Assembly: GCA_050950765.1 (NCBI GenBank)
Contig: JBMNIF010000003.1
Span: 416,001-480,000 of the forward strand
Length of the DNA stretch: 64,000 bases
Source of the DNA: Bdellovibrionota bacterium
Lineage (GTDB): Bacteria; Bdellovibrionota_C; UBA2361; JAAYZI01
Reading direction: 5' to 3'
The first letter of the stretch is position 1. Every line of letters starts with the position of its first letter. The notes beneath the pieces were generated by a model. That model was given only the letters and a program-made list of their open reading frames with translations, made no database searches and had not been told where the DNA came from. Position numbers and translations under genes: made by a program. Shown here one piece after another: positions 19,905 to 30,322 of the stretch.

Positions 19905-21899
19905 ATGCTTAATTACATTAAGAATCTATCAAAGTCTTTTGACAGGCAATTTTCTGAAAACGGGTTATTACGCTTTGATATAAAATTGCAATTAGTGTTG
20001 TTTTGCTCACTCCTCTTATTTGTTTTATTTATAACTTGTAAGCTTTCCTTTTCTTCTATCGGAATGTGGAATGAGATATTTCCAGAGGAAGGTATTTCCA
20101 CAACATTATTTGGGAAGCCTAAAAGTATAAGATCTGATGAATGGTTGGTTTTTTCTTCAATGTATTTATCTCAAATGCAGCAAAATGGCACCCTTGATAG
20201 TCAGAATTTAGGCGCAAAAGGCTCTGCCTTATTACTATCACTCCCAACAGCATCCATATTTTCCATAATACGACCATCTCTTATCGGAGCAGCTTTTCTG
20301 CCGGAGGAGTTTGCATTTTCATATACTTGGGCTATCAGAACTATTGTCTTCTGGCTCTCCTCTTTTTTAGTTTTAATGCTGCTAACTAAAAACAGGTTTT
20401 TAATTTCATTCTTATGTTCATTATTTCTATATTTTTCCGGCTTTGTACAATGGTGGTTCCCAACCGTTAATCTTTGTATGACCGGCATTAATGTGATTTT
20501 TCTAGCAAGTTGTTATTTTATTTTATCGTCTAAAAAAACAAATATCCTGTTAGCGACTATTATAGGTTCCTTATTCTTTATTGATTTTGTCCTTGTTTTA
20601 TACCCTCCGTTTTTAATTCCATTAGCTTATCTATATCTATTTATGCTCATTGGATGGAGCTTCGATAATTGGGATAAAAAGAGAATTTTTAAATACCTAC
20701 ATTTAAAGATAGCACTATTTTTTATTGCGATTTTTTCTCTAACTATATTTTTCTTATCATTTTACAACTCTGCAAAAGAAGCTATTTATCTTATCCAACA
20801 CACTGTCTATCCAGGGGCTCGTTCTCTTTTAGGAGGTAACTTCTCGTTTCCTGCTCTTCTTACAGGTTTTTTTACACCATTTTTAACAGAATCTATTGCA
20901 ATAAAGCTTGGGACAAATATCTGTGAACTAAGTAATTTTACTTTTGTTTGGCCACTTTTATTTTTCCCTTTCTTTAAGATTAAAAATATTAGCGGAGTGC
21001 GCTATCTTTTTATCTCTCTTGCTGCATATTTTATCTTTATTTCAATCTGGATTTTTTATGGGTTCCCTGAACCCTTAGCCAAGATAACTCTTATGAATGT
21101 AGTTCAACCGAAACGTGCTTTTATCGGAATGGGGATGGCAAACACTTTCTTTTTAGCCGTTTTTATGAGTATGAATCGTTTTGAACTTACTAAATCAAAA
21201 GCTCTCAAAGCTATTTCCTCCTTATTTCTACTCTTACTTTTATCGATTTTTTCCTACTATTCTTACAAGAGAAGTTTGGAATTGGGAGTGCTTCAGAATC
21301 CTCAACATCTAGTCTTATTCATTATAGCCTATTCAAGTATATTAATTGCACTTTACTATCGTAAGAAAATCGCTCTATTCCTACTTACTGGAATAGCAAT
21401 TTTTTCAACTTATTCGGTAAATCCCATTGAGTATGGAATTGCTGCAATAAAAGGAAGAGAATTGTCAAAAATTGTAAAAAAGGAGAGTGCAGGCAAAAAT
21501 TATTGGATCACATATAATAATAATACCACTGCCAATTTCGCTATGGCAAATGGAGCTAACGTTTTTAACGGAGTAAAATACACTCCTCTCCTTGAGAAAT
21601 TAGCTATATTAGATCCTGAACATAAATATACTCAAATTTATAATAGATATGCCAATATCACTACTACTTTGTTACCTGATAAAAAAGCACCTCCTCAATT
21701 TAAACTATTTAATCCTGATGCCTATAACATCGAAATACACCCCTGCTCTCCCTATTTAAAAAAACTTGGAATTACACACTTTATATTTTCAGGAAAGCCT
21801 GCCCCTGAACTTACACGCTGCCTCACTCCATTAAATCAAGAACCTCTATCAGGTTCAGTTTTTATTTATAAGAGAAAGAACAAACGAGTGAAACTTTAG
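19905..21899 (+). CDS. Polytopic membrane protein, probable GT-C-fold glycosyltransferase (copy 2, tandem paralog)
   Basis: Near-identical to copy 1 at an offset of 2110 bp, including about 85 bp of upstream DNA. Confidence 0.7.
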   Translation: MLNYIKNLSKSFDRQFSENGLLRFDIKLQLVLFCSLLLFVLFITCKLSFSSIGMWNEIFPEEGISTTLFGKPKSIRSDEWLVFSSMYLSQMQQNGTLDSQNLGAKGSALLLSLPTASIFSIIRPSLIGAAFLPEEFAFSYTWAIRTIVFWLSSFLVLMLLTKNRFLISFLCSLFLYFSGFVQWWFPTVNLCMTGINVIFLASCYFILSSKKTNILLATIIGSLFFIDFVLVLYPPFLIPLAYLYLFMLIGWSFDNWDKKRIFKYLHLKIALFFIAIFSLTIFFLSFYNSAKEAIYLIQHTVYPGARSLLGGNFSFPALLTGFFTPFLTESIAIKLGTNICELSNFTFVWPLLFFPFFKIKNISGVRYLFISLAAYFIFISIWIFYGFPEPLAKITLMNVVQPKRAFIGMGMANTFFLAVFMSMNRFELTKSKALKAISSLFLLLLLSIFSYYSYKRSLELGVLQNPQHLVLFIIAYSSILIALYYRKKIALFLLTGIAIFSTYSVNPIEYGIAAIKGRELSKIVKKESAGKNYWITYNNNTTANFAMANGANVFNGVKYTPLLEKLAILDPEHKYTQIYNRYANITTTLLPDKKAPPQFKLFNPDAYNIEIHPCSPYLKKLGITHFIFSGKPAPELTRCLTPLNQEPLSGSVFIYKRKNKRVKL

Positions 21900-22002
21900 T
21901 ATTACTTAAGATAGACTCATTTAACGTTTATATCTAATTAACTATCAAACACTAAGCAAAATCAGATAAAGATATCTTTTATTTTTCATAGAATAAAAAC
22001 CA

Positions 22003-23034
22003 TCAATTTTCATGGGCAAACAACAACTGCAATATCTTTTCAGCTGTTTGTTTCCATTGAAACTTTTCTCTAGCGAAAAAATAACATTGCTTAGAAACCT
22101 GCTGTAACCAAGCTTTATCTGTTTGAGCTCTTTTCACATATCTAAGCACATCCCATGGGGAGTTTAATAAAAATGGAGAAACCTCCGGATGCGCACCAAT
22201 ATCCAAGCAAAGCGAAAAAGTTCCCACAGCTTGTGCTTCAACTACAGGAAGATTAAAACCTTCCCACAAACTAAAAGAAACAAAGATATCCAGTGACCTT
22301 AGATATTTATATTTATCAACATCACTTAAGTTAAGGTGTGTTTCAATTCCCATCTGATTAAAATTTGCCGCATCCTCAAGACTTCCGCGCCCCGCAACAT
22401 GAGGTTCTATTAAGATCCCATTTTTTCGCGCATATCTAACAAAATCTAGGAAGTCTTGATTCCCTTTATAATACGCCTCTCCTTGTCCTATCCGCATCAG
22501 TGTTCCGATTTTTATTGGAGCTTTTGAGGTAAGATCTATCTTTTTTACACCAAAATCAGTAGCGTGATCAGAACCGAAATGAACAGTTTTAGCAGCAATA
22601 AAATTGATGTCATGCTTTATAAAATACGAGCAGCCAAGAACATTCCCGCTAAGAAAAGGATAAACATTTTCCTGCTTATTCTTTATAATAGCAGACCTTT
22701 CCTCAGCATCTGTGCTAAATAATTCAGGAGTCGGATCTCCATATTCCCAAGCCCAACACTTATAATTTTTCGAAAGGTCAGGCAATATCTCAAAAAATGG
22801 ACTTGTTAAAGCGCAAATAATATCGGGCTTAATACGATCTGCAATCTCTCTTGTTTTTTGCAAATCGTTTCCAATTTGATAGACTGGGCAATTAAGACCT
22901 GCCATATCTCCATGGCAACAGATAACTGCACACTCAACGTCTCGTTTTTGAAATTCGGGGATCAGTTGCTGCAAAACCACAGGAACCCCATAACCGTCAT
23001 ACATAACAACTGCTAAAAACAATACCTTCTGCAT
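22003..23034 (-). CDS. GT4 (GT-B) glycosyltransferase
   Basis: DIFVSFSLWEGFNLPVVEAQAVG (EX7E motif); likely start is ATG at 23034. Confidence 0.85.
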   Translation of the reverse strand: MQKVLFLAVVMYDGYGVPVVLQQLIPEFQKRDVECAVICCHGDMAGLNCPVYQIGNDLQKTREIADRIKPDIICALTSPFFEILPDLSKNYKCWAWEYGDPTPELFSTDAEERSAIIKNKQENVYPFLSGNVLGCSYFIKHDINFIAAKTVHFGSDHATDFGVKKIDLTSKAPIKIGTLMRIGQGEAYYKGNQDFLDFVRYARKNGILIEPHVAGRGSLEDAANFNQMGIETHLNLSDVDKYKYLRSLDIFVSFSLWEGFNLPVVEAQAVGTFSLCLDIGAHPEVSPFLLNSPWDVLRYVKRAQTDKAWLQQVSKQCYFFAREKFQWKQTAEKILQLLFAHEN

Positions 23035-23057
23035 AATCAAACGATCCAACTAGAATT

Positions 23058-26000
23058 TTAATTTTGATAATTTTTTAAATACAACTCTATATAAGAAAGA
23101 TATTTTCTCAAAAACCTTCTTCTATCAGCCCAATTTTCATCCCCTTTTGGACGAGTGGCATTTTCAATATGAATGATATGCCCCAAATTAAAACACTTTG
23201 AATAATACCCCAAACGCGACAACTCTAAGCAAAAAGCTGCATCTTGACATTCACTTTGATAATGTTCGTCCAAACCGTTCACAAATGAATAAAGTTCATT
23301 TCTTACCATCAAGAAAGCCCCAGTTACTGTTGGATATCTCTTCTCTTGAGGAATATCAGAAGCTATTATTTTTTGTCGATGATTTACATGATAAGGCAAT
23401 CCGAAAATATCCGGCTGCTTTAAAAATTCACACCCCATATGTTGAATCGTACCGTCAGGATAATACAAGACAGCACCTAAACACCCCAACTCCTTATCTT
23501 CGATCAATTTGCTATAAGCATCAAACAACAATTTCTCATTTGGCGGCAGAATAATATCATTATTAAGTAATAAAACGGCATCTCCAGAAGCTTCCCGCTG
23601 TAATAAATTATTACACCTCGAAAACTGATATTTTAGCCCCATCTTAATTAAGACTTGCCCAGCAACAGTTTTATAAAAACTTAAAACCTCCTCATTAGTT
23701 GTACCAGTATCACCGATTATAATTTCATAAAAACAGTGGGCAGTTTCAAAAGCTTTCTTTTGCTGAATCAGCTGTTTTAGTAATGGAATTATCAATTCAG
23801 GGGCATCTTTAGTTACGATCAAGACAGACAAGCCTTTTTGCAACTGTTTTTCTTGATATAGCGGGGAAGTGCCTTTTTGTACTTCTCGAATTCTATCAAG
23901 ATTCGATTGATCTCCATAAATATTTAAAGGCTCCCTCAATTCAAAAGAAGAGAAGCCACATCTATTGTAATCAGCAAGCCAACTCTTTTCGACTCGTGTT
24001 TGCTGAGCAATTGCAAAGTCATTCGCATTAAAGGTCAAATTTTGATTGTATGCAGGGTCATTAGCAATTAAGAATTTCCACTTCTTTTGCACAAAAGCTG
24101 CTTCTTTTGCACAACGCAACATTTTCTCATGATTAACGTTATCCTCCCCTCTTGAAGCAGATTCATGATGAATTACTTTAGCATACGGAGTAAAAACATT
24201 TCGATATCCTAACTTCTGCAATTTAAGCGTGAGGTCTACATCATTAAAAGCCACAGCCAAATGTTCCTCATCTAAACCATCAACAGCATCAAAAAGACGT
24301 TTTCGGACTAAAAGACACGCAGCAGAAAGGGCAGAATAGTTCCTGCGAAACGCTCCGTATTTTTGATATGTTTTATTTGTCAATTCGCATCCTGCGAAGA
24401 CGTGCGTTGCTAAACCGTGTGGTCCGAGTATTACACCGGCGTGTTGTATCTTTCCATTTGGATATAAAAGCAATGGAGCTACACTAGCGACATTATCCCT
24501 TAAGCCTTCTGCTACCACCTCATTCAACCAATTACGATCGACAATCTCCAAGTCATTATTCATCAGCAATAAAAATTCACCATTCGCATTATTCGCTGCC
24601 AAATTATTTAACGCCGAATAATTAAATGGTGAATCATCTCTGATAATTCTAAGATTTTGCTTATTTGCTAATGTTGCAAAAAAGCTCAAGGTTTCTTCTT
24701 TTACAGAACCATTATCAACAATAATTATTTCATAATTTTTATAGTCAGTTTTTGTAAAAATACCCGTTAAACAAACTCTTAATAAATCAACACAATCTCT
24801 TGTAGGAATAATTATCGAAACTAACGGCTCTTCAGTTTTAATCTTATATCGAATTGCAGGCAAGTTATCTTCATAAACAACTTTTGCATGAAGGTTAACA
24901 TTTTTGTCATTAATCAAATTACAATAATCGCTTAAAACCAGCTCACCTTCTTTTAGAAATATCTTCCGATTTTGTTTCCTTTTAACCTTACTAAAAATTG
25001 GGATTGCAATATGCTCTATTGCTTTAGGATGTTGTAGTGCAAGCTTAAGTAACAGCTCCCAATGATATTGATACGAAAACTTTGCATTAAAACCGCCAAA
25101 TCGTTTTAAAGCTCCAACGTTATAAAAGGCAGCATCCCCTATATAGTTTTTTGAAATTAAATAATCGAAATTAAGATCAGGTTTAAATGTAGGGTTATAT
25201 CTTTGCCCTTTAGTATTGATAATGTCTTCGTCAAAATAAATCGCACTTACACCACGACTTTTATTACATACTCGAGCAATTAGATAAAACGCCTGCTCTC
25301 TAAAGCGATCTCCAGCATTAACGAAAGAGATAAATTGCCCTACCTCGGGCAGATTGATTATTTCATTATAGTCGGCAACAGTAGTTTTACTTTTAGAAAC
25401 AACCATCACCTGTTTTTCACAGTTAAGTTCTGTAACAATTTTTTCGATTTTTGCCCTACTAGCTTCATTCACAAGAATTATCGAATTCCAAGAATCATAG
25501 GTTTGTTTAGTAATGGATAGAATGGTGCTTCTAAGTTTTCGTAATTTTTTATCTTCGACATTTATGACAATAGAAAATTTTGGATGCCACTCAAAAGCAT
25601 TGCAGGCAGTAATGATCTTCTGCAAATCTTCATTAGTTAATCCAAAATTATCGTTATACCACTGCTCATAAACAGATATCTCAAATAAACTTTTTGTAAC
25701 TGTTTTAAAATAATTTTTGATATCAGCTTTATTAAGATCCTTCCCTGTTAATAATTTCAGAAAACATTTAACACTCTTCTTTATGCCATTTTTTAAAGGT
25801 AGCGGTAGTTTCGCCGCAATATAGTGATACCCCTTTTTTAATAATGCTTTCTTATCAGGATGTTTAAGTGCTTTCTTTAACAATCCCACAGAATAACGCA
25901 CTCTATGTCCAGCTTTAAATAAACGGTGCTCTAAAGATTTCAATTCCTGCTCTTTTACTTGAATCAATTGATTCTGTTTCTCAAGCTCTGCATATAATTC

Positions 26001-27815
26001 TACTACTAACTGTTCTTTTTGCTTCAGATTATCTTGTGTTTTTTTCAACTCCTTTTGCAAGGCAACGATGTTATTATTGTTCTCAAGGATTAAGTCATAA
26101 CGCTTAACCAGTTCGGTATAAATTTTATTCAAAAAATTATTTATTGAATGATCTTGATTAATCTCTTCAAAACTGGAGCGTAATTGAAAATCTAATTCTT
26201 CATATCCACTTAATAAGGGAAGGTCGATAAATGTTAAGTATCTTTCATAATAATCTTTTGCGCTCCCCTGTTTTTCCAGTACAAACTGAATTTCAGCTTC
26301 TGCAAGTAATATTTTGTCTATCTCTTCATTTGAGATCTGAAAATCAATTAACTCCAGATAATTAGAAATTATATTTCGTGGCGTTTGTCCAATGAGAATT
26401 CCATACTCCTTTATTTGAGAAAGAGTATGGAGGATACCTCGAACCAGTATACTTTTTATTGAACTATTACTATCAACAAAGGTATCATTATCTATAAAAG
26501 AAATTTTACCTGTGGAATCAACTATTAAATTATGTGGAATAGCATCTATAAATTCTTTCGGTAATAAACCACCTTCTGCAAGATTAGATTTTAAGAAATC
26601 ACTCCAAGATCGGAACCATTGTACAAGATCTTCTTGAGTGCCCTTTCTCCATAATATTTTTTTTAATATCTGCAGATAAGATTCACCACTGACATAATCT
26701 TCTTCACGTACTGCAACACAACGATTCTTTTCAAGAGACGATACACTTTTCAGAACTGTGATCCTATTTCCTTGGATTTTGAATGTCTGGACATAAGACG
26801 GGGTTTCTTTATATGGAGTTGTGTAATATTTCGCCAACCACTGATCTGCAAGCGCCCCAGCTTTGTTCTTTGAAGCAAAAACAAGAAAAGAATTGGCCAA
26901 TTCTGAACCTAAGCCATTTTTTGCAAGCGTTCCTCGCACTAAAGAATCTTCAAAAATGGATACCTGTTCAACGCCATTAAAAGTATTCTTTGTTTTTAAA
27001 AGTAGATCCGGAACATTAAATTTACTTTCATTAAATCCTTTTTCTGAAACAACCACATTTGGTAACTTATAATCAGGGAATGGATAAAAGAAATCTACCT
27101 TTTCGAAACCTGCCTTCAAAATCCTATTTTTTAAATCTCCTTTACCAAAAGTAACGGGAGTCTCTTTGGTATATAGATCCTGAACTCCGAAGAACGCCTT
27201 TGCTACGTGATCCTCTGGATACCCAGCAAGATACTTCAACCCTAGCTGATTTTCTATGGCAACTATTAAAGTGCCGTTGTCAGACAACATATTCAAGCAA
27301 TGTTGTAGACAGGTCCGAACGGGATTCTCTGAATTGATAAAAAGAGGAGAGTATTCTAGAACTCCAATTAAAGAGATAACATCAAATTTCTCCTGCGAAT
27401 TAAAATCCATTAAGTTTGAGACATAAACCTTGACATTAGGTAGATCAGAACATCTGGCTGCTGCAACCTTAGCACGTGAAAAACTCCCTTCAATCCCCGT
27501 AACTTGAGCACCTGTTTCTCCCCAGAAGCGCAAGATAGCCCCACAGCCACAACCAAGATCTAAGATATTTTTGCAATTAGAAAAATCAAACGGTCGTAAT
27601 AAATTCTGTCTAACAGAACTTAAATGATACTCACTAGGCCAATCTTTAATATGAGCGCTTAATTCTTGAGAATAGGAAGATTTATCGGCAGCAGCAGAGA
27701 CAACGTCGTAAATATATTTCTCTATCTCCTCTCCATCAGAGTATGCAAAGTTTTCAAGTTCTGCTCTATGCCACACCCTAAATTGCTCATCGTAAATAAA
27801 ATCTTTCATACTCAC
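23058..27815 (-). CDS. Multidomain protein: SAM methyltransferase + coiled coil + multiple GT2 domains
   Basis: ILDLGCGCG, LIGVLEY, AIENQLGLKY; heptad stretch LQKELKK...LKSLE; GT2 motifs VSIIIPTRD, VDNGS, LLMNND, AFNDVDL, HHESASRG; second LLNND/QDAAFC domain. Confidence 0.88.
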   Translation of the reverse strand: MSMKDFIYDEQFRVWHRAELENFAYSDGEEIEKYIYDVVSAAADKSSYSQELSAHIKDWPSEYHLSSVRQNLLRPFDFSNCKNILDLGCGCGAILRFWGETGAQVTGIEGSFSRAKVAAARCSDLPNVKVYVSNLMDFNSQEKFDVISLIGVLEYSPLFINSENPVRTCLQHCLNMLSDNGTLIVAIENQLGLKYLAGYPEDHVAKAFFGVQDLYTKETPVTFGKGDLKNRILKAGFEKVDFFYPFPDYKLPNVVVSEKGFNESKFNVPDLLLKTKNTFNGVEQVSIFEDSLVRGTLAKNGLGSELANSFLVFASKNKAGALADQWLAKYYTTPYKETPSYVQTFKIQGNRITVLKSVSSLEKNRCVAVREEDYVSGESYLQILKKILWRKGTQEDLVQWFRSWSDFLKSNLAEGGLLPKEFIDAIPHNLIVDSTGKISFIDNDTFVDSNSSIKSILVRGILHTLSQIKEYGILIGQTPRNIISNYLELIDFQISNEEIDKILLAEAEIQFVLEKQGSAKDYYERYLTFIDLPLLSGYEELDFQLRSSFEEINQDHSINNFLNKIYTELVKRYDLILENNNNIVALQKELKKTQDNLKQKEQLVVELYAELEKQNQLIQVKEQELKSLEHRLFKAGHRVRYSVGLLKKALKHPDKKALLKKGYHYIAAKLPLPLKNGIKKSVKCFLKLLTGKDLNKADIKNYFKTVTKSLFEISVYEQWYNDNFGLTNEDLQKIITACNAFEWHPKFSIVINVEDKKLRKLRSTILSITKQTYDSWNSIILVNEASRAKIEKIVTELNCEKQVMVVSKSKTTVADYNEIINLPEVGQFISFVNAGDRFREQAFYLIARVCNKSRGVSAIYFDEDIINTKGQRYNPTFKPDLNFDYLISKNYIGDAAFYNVGALKRFGGFNAKFSYQYHWELLLKLALQHPKAIEHIAIPIFSKVKRKQNRKIFLKEGELVLSDYCNLINDKNVNLHAKVVYEDNLPAIRYKIKTEEPLVSIIIPTRDCVDLLRVCLTGIFTKTDYKNYEIIIVDNGSVKEETLSFFATLANKQNLRIIRDDSPFNYSALNNLAANNANGEFLLLMNNDLEIVDRNWLNEVVAEGLRDNVASVAPLLLYPNGKIQHAGVILGPHGLATHVFAGCELTNKTYQKYGAFRRNYSALSAACLLVRKRLFDAVDGLDEEHLAVAFNDVDLTLKLQKLGYRNVFTPYAKVIHHESASRGEDNVNHEKMLRCAKEAAFVQKKWKFLIANDPAYNQNLTFNANDFAIAQQTRVEKSWLADYNRCGFSSFELREPLNIYGDQSNLDRIREVQKGTSPLYQEKQLQKGLSVLIVTKDAPELIIPLLKQLIQQKKAFETAHCFYEIIIGDTGTTNEEVLSFYKTVAGQVLIKMGLKYQFSRCNNLLQREASGDAVLLLNNDIILPPNEKLLFDAYSKLIEDKELGCLGAVLYYPDGTIQHMGCEFLKQPDIFGLPYHVNHRQKIIASDIPQEKRYPTVTGAFLMVRNELYSFVNGLDEHYQSECQDAAFCLELSRLGYYSKCFNLGHIIHIENATRPKGDENWADRRRFLRKYLSYIELYLKNYQN

Positions 27816-28069
27816 TCACGATCAATATAAGGGCTACTTTCATCATATACTTACAATGTAAAAAGCATATAATTCTTTATGAAATATCCTTACAAATTCT
27901 AAAAAACATTTACTAAAGCCCCCCCTACACAAGGCTCGCCTTCCCTAGCCTTATTCTGAAGTAAGATACTCTAATTTAAGAAGATAAAAGTCAATAAAAG
28001 CGTATAAAAACACCTTTAATAAGTGATTGGGGGATAAAAGCCCCGTTTTTATGGTAAATCTATCTATAT

Positions 28070-29386
28070 CTAAGCTAAAGCTATCTTTACCTCTAAATCC
28101 ACATGCCCGTAATAGGTGATATTATCAATAACATTGATATGAATAGAATCGTAACGTCTATCCAGCGGCACATCAGTACCAGAACCTAAATCAGCTAAGC
28201 CAACTGACAAAAAATAATCGTTTGGCGCAAGATTCAAGTCTGCTTCAAATGAAACAAAGATAGGTTGATTGACTTCTATTGAGTCTATATTGAGCGACTG
28301 CAATTCTGAATTAGTATTATATAACGTCAATCCATCCCTTGTTTTAATGGCAAAACCGAAAACAGGACGAAGTGGTTTTTTATAAAAGATACATTTTGTA
28401 AGTAATTTAAATTTCCCTCTGCTCTTATAAGAATTGGGATATTCTACACCATTAAAAGTGACAAAATAATCCAAAATAGCAGCACTCTTATCTCCCCACC
28501 GATACTCATACTGATTATAACCCTTACGAGTTGAAAATAGATCAGTAGTGGAAGAGTCTTCTTTAAATATTTTAAAAGGATCTTCTGTTACAAGGGAGTT
28601 CTCGGCTTTTTCTATTTCTTCTGTTATCTTTTTCTGTTTAGCGTCAGATTTTCCAAAGAGTAAGTCTAAATAAACATTAACGACATCTTTAGGGAGACCT
28701 TCCGCAAGAAGAGACCCGTTGTTTAATAAGATAGCCCGAGTACAGTGTTGTATAACTTGCTCTGGAGAATGCGTCACAAGAATAATCGTTGTACCGGCAG
28801 CCTTTAATTCAGCTAAACGTGAAAAGCAACGTGCTTGGAATTTGGCATCACCAACCGCTAAAATTTCATCAACAATCAATATATCAGGAGATACTGAACT
28901 GGCTACCGCAAAAGCCAATCTGGCAAACATCCCGCTTGAATATGTTTTTACAGGTTGATCAATAAAAGTTCCGATATCTGCAAAATCAAGGATTGCATCA
29001 TACCGTTTCTTCATCTCAGCTTCACTAATGCCGAGAATGGCTCCACTTAAAATAACATTTTCAGCTCCCGTAAATTCAGGATTAAAGCCTGCTCCCAATT
29101 CAAGTAGTGCCGCAATACGTCCATTCGTTTTTACAGAGCCAGCAGTAGGTCTAAGAGTTCCAGCGATAATCTGCAACAACGTCGATTTGCCGGATCCATT
29201 TCGTCCAAGAATGCCGAGGGTCTCTCCTTTATAAACTGTAAGATTGATATCACGTAACGCCCAAAAAGTTTCATAATAAGTTCTGCGCTTACGCCAGATC
29301 ATCTGCTTTAAACGATCTTGTGGTTTCTTAAAGATCGGATAAACCTTGCTTACATTTTCAACCTGTATCGTAATATCAGATGACAT
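28070..29386 (-). CDS. wzt: Polysaccharide ABC transporter ATPase with C-terminal carbohydrate-binding domain
   Basis: GRNGSGKST, YSSGM, VDEILAVGD, C-terminal extension; likely start at 29386 (MSSDITI), overlapping the wzm stop. Confidence 0.93.
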   Translation of the reverse strand: MSSDITIQVENVSKVYPIFKKPQDRLKQMIWRKRRTYYETFWALRDINLTVYKGETLGILGRNGSGKSTLLQIIAGTLRPTAGSVKTNGRIAALLELGAGFNPEFTGAENVILSGAILGISEAEMKKRYDAILDFADIGTFIDQPVKTYSSGMFARLAFAVASSVSPDILIVDEILAVGDAKFQARCFSRLAELKAAGTTIILVTHSPEQVIQHCTRAILLNNGSLLAEGLPKDVVNVYLDLLFGKSDAKQKKITEEIEKAENSLVTEDPFKIFKEDSSTTDLFSTRKGYNQYEYRWGDKSAAILDYFVTFNGVEYPNSYKSRGKFKLLTKCIFYKKPLRPVFGFAIKTRDGLTLYNTNSELQSLNIDSIEVNQPIFVSFEADLNLAPNDYFLSVGLADLGSGTDVPLDRRYDSIHINVIDNITYYGHVDLEVKIALA

Positions 29387-30173
29387 CTGCAAACCCCTTT
29401 TCCGTCTTTTTGAACCATAAAAATCCGAGATATAAGACAATAATAGAAACTATCAGATATCCGCCCAAAAGGGGAAGATTCGGGATAGCTGCTCTAAACA
29501 TCAGCCCTCTTGCAGCTTCAATAATAATCGTAACAGGACTTAAATTAATTATAGCTTGATACTTCTCCGGAATAGCTGCCAGTGGATAAAAGATGGGGCT
29601 TAAAAACATCAGAATCATCACAAAGACACCAACGATCTGTCCCAGATCTCTAACGAAGACACCTAATGAAGCAAGAAAATAGGTAAGTCCCAAAGTTAAT
29701 AAACAAAACGGGATTAAAAGTAGCGGCACTAGTAATACTTCAAAGCTGGGAATTCCTTCAATAAAAAGATATCCCACCATTAAAACAAGATAACTCAAAA
29801 TAAAATTAAACAGCGCACTGATAATTGTTACAATCGGTAAGATCTCTAACGGGAAAAGGATCTTTTTTACATAAATAGCATTTGAAAGAATTAACGTTGG
29901 AGCTCTGTTGATACACTCAGCAAAGAGATTGAAAAAAATTAAGCCGCAAAAGAGGATTAAGGCAAAACTACCCTGCCCTGTATTATCCTCTCCCCACCTC
30001 GCTTTAAAAACAACTGAAAAAACAAACGTATAAACAAGTAGTAATAAAACAGGGATAAAGATCGCCCACAAGATCCCTAAAAATGTTCCGCGATACCTTG
30101 ATTCGATATCACGTTTTGATAAACGCCATATTAAAGCCGCATTGTTACGAATAGATGCTAGTAAACTAAACAT
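29376..30173 (-). CDS. wzm: Polysaccharide ABC transporter permease
   Basis: RYRGTFLGILW, YVKKILFPLE, FLSPIFYP, FADVI. Confidence 0.93.
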   Translation of the reverse strand: MFSLLASIRNNAALIWRLSKRDIESRYRGTFLGILWAIFIPVLLLLVYTFVFSVVFKARWGEDNTGQGSFALILFCGLIFFNLFAECINRAPTLILSNAIYVKKILFPLEILPIVTIISALFNFILSYLVLMVGYLFIEGIPSFEVLLVPLLLIPFCLLTLGLTYFLASLGVFVRDLGQIVGVFVMILMFLSPIFYPLAAIPEKYQAIINLSPVTIIIEAARGLMFRAAIPNLPLLGGYLIVSIIVLYLGFLWFKKTEKGFADVI

Positions 30174-30322
30174 TAATCTCTACATCCGCTAGATACAGGA
30201 AAAGGTTATAAATAAATGACTACTGCATAACCGTCATTGAATATATCGTGTTCTAACACTATTAAAACAATTTAACAAAGCATCCGCTGTACAGATTAAA
30301 GCGCCGTATAGTTCTCTAGCCT

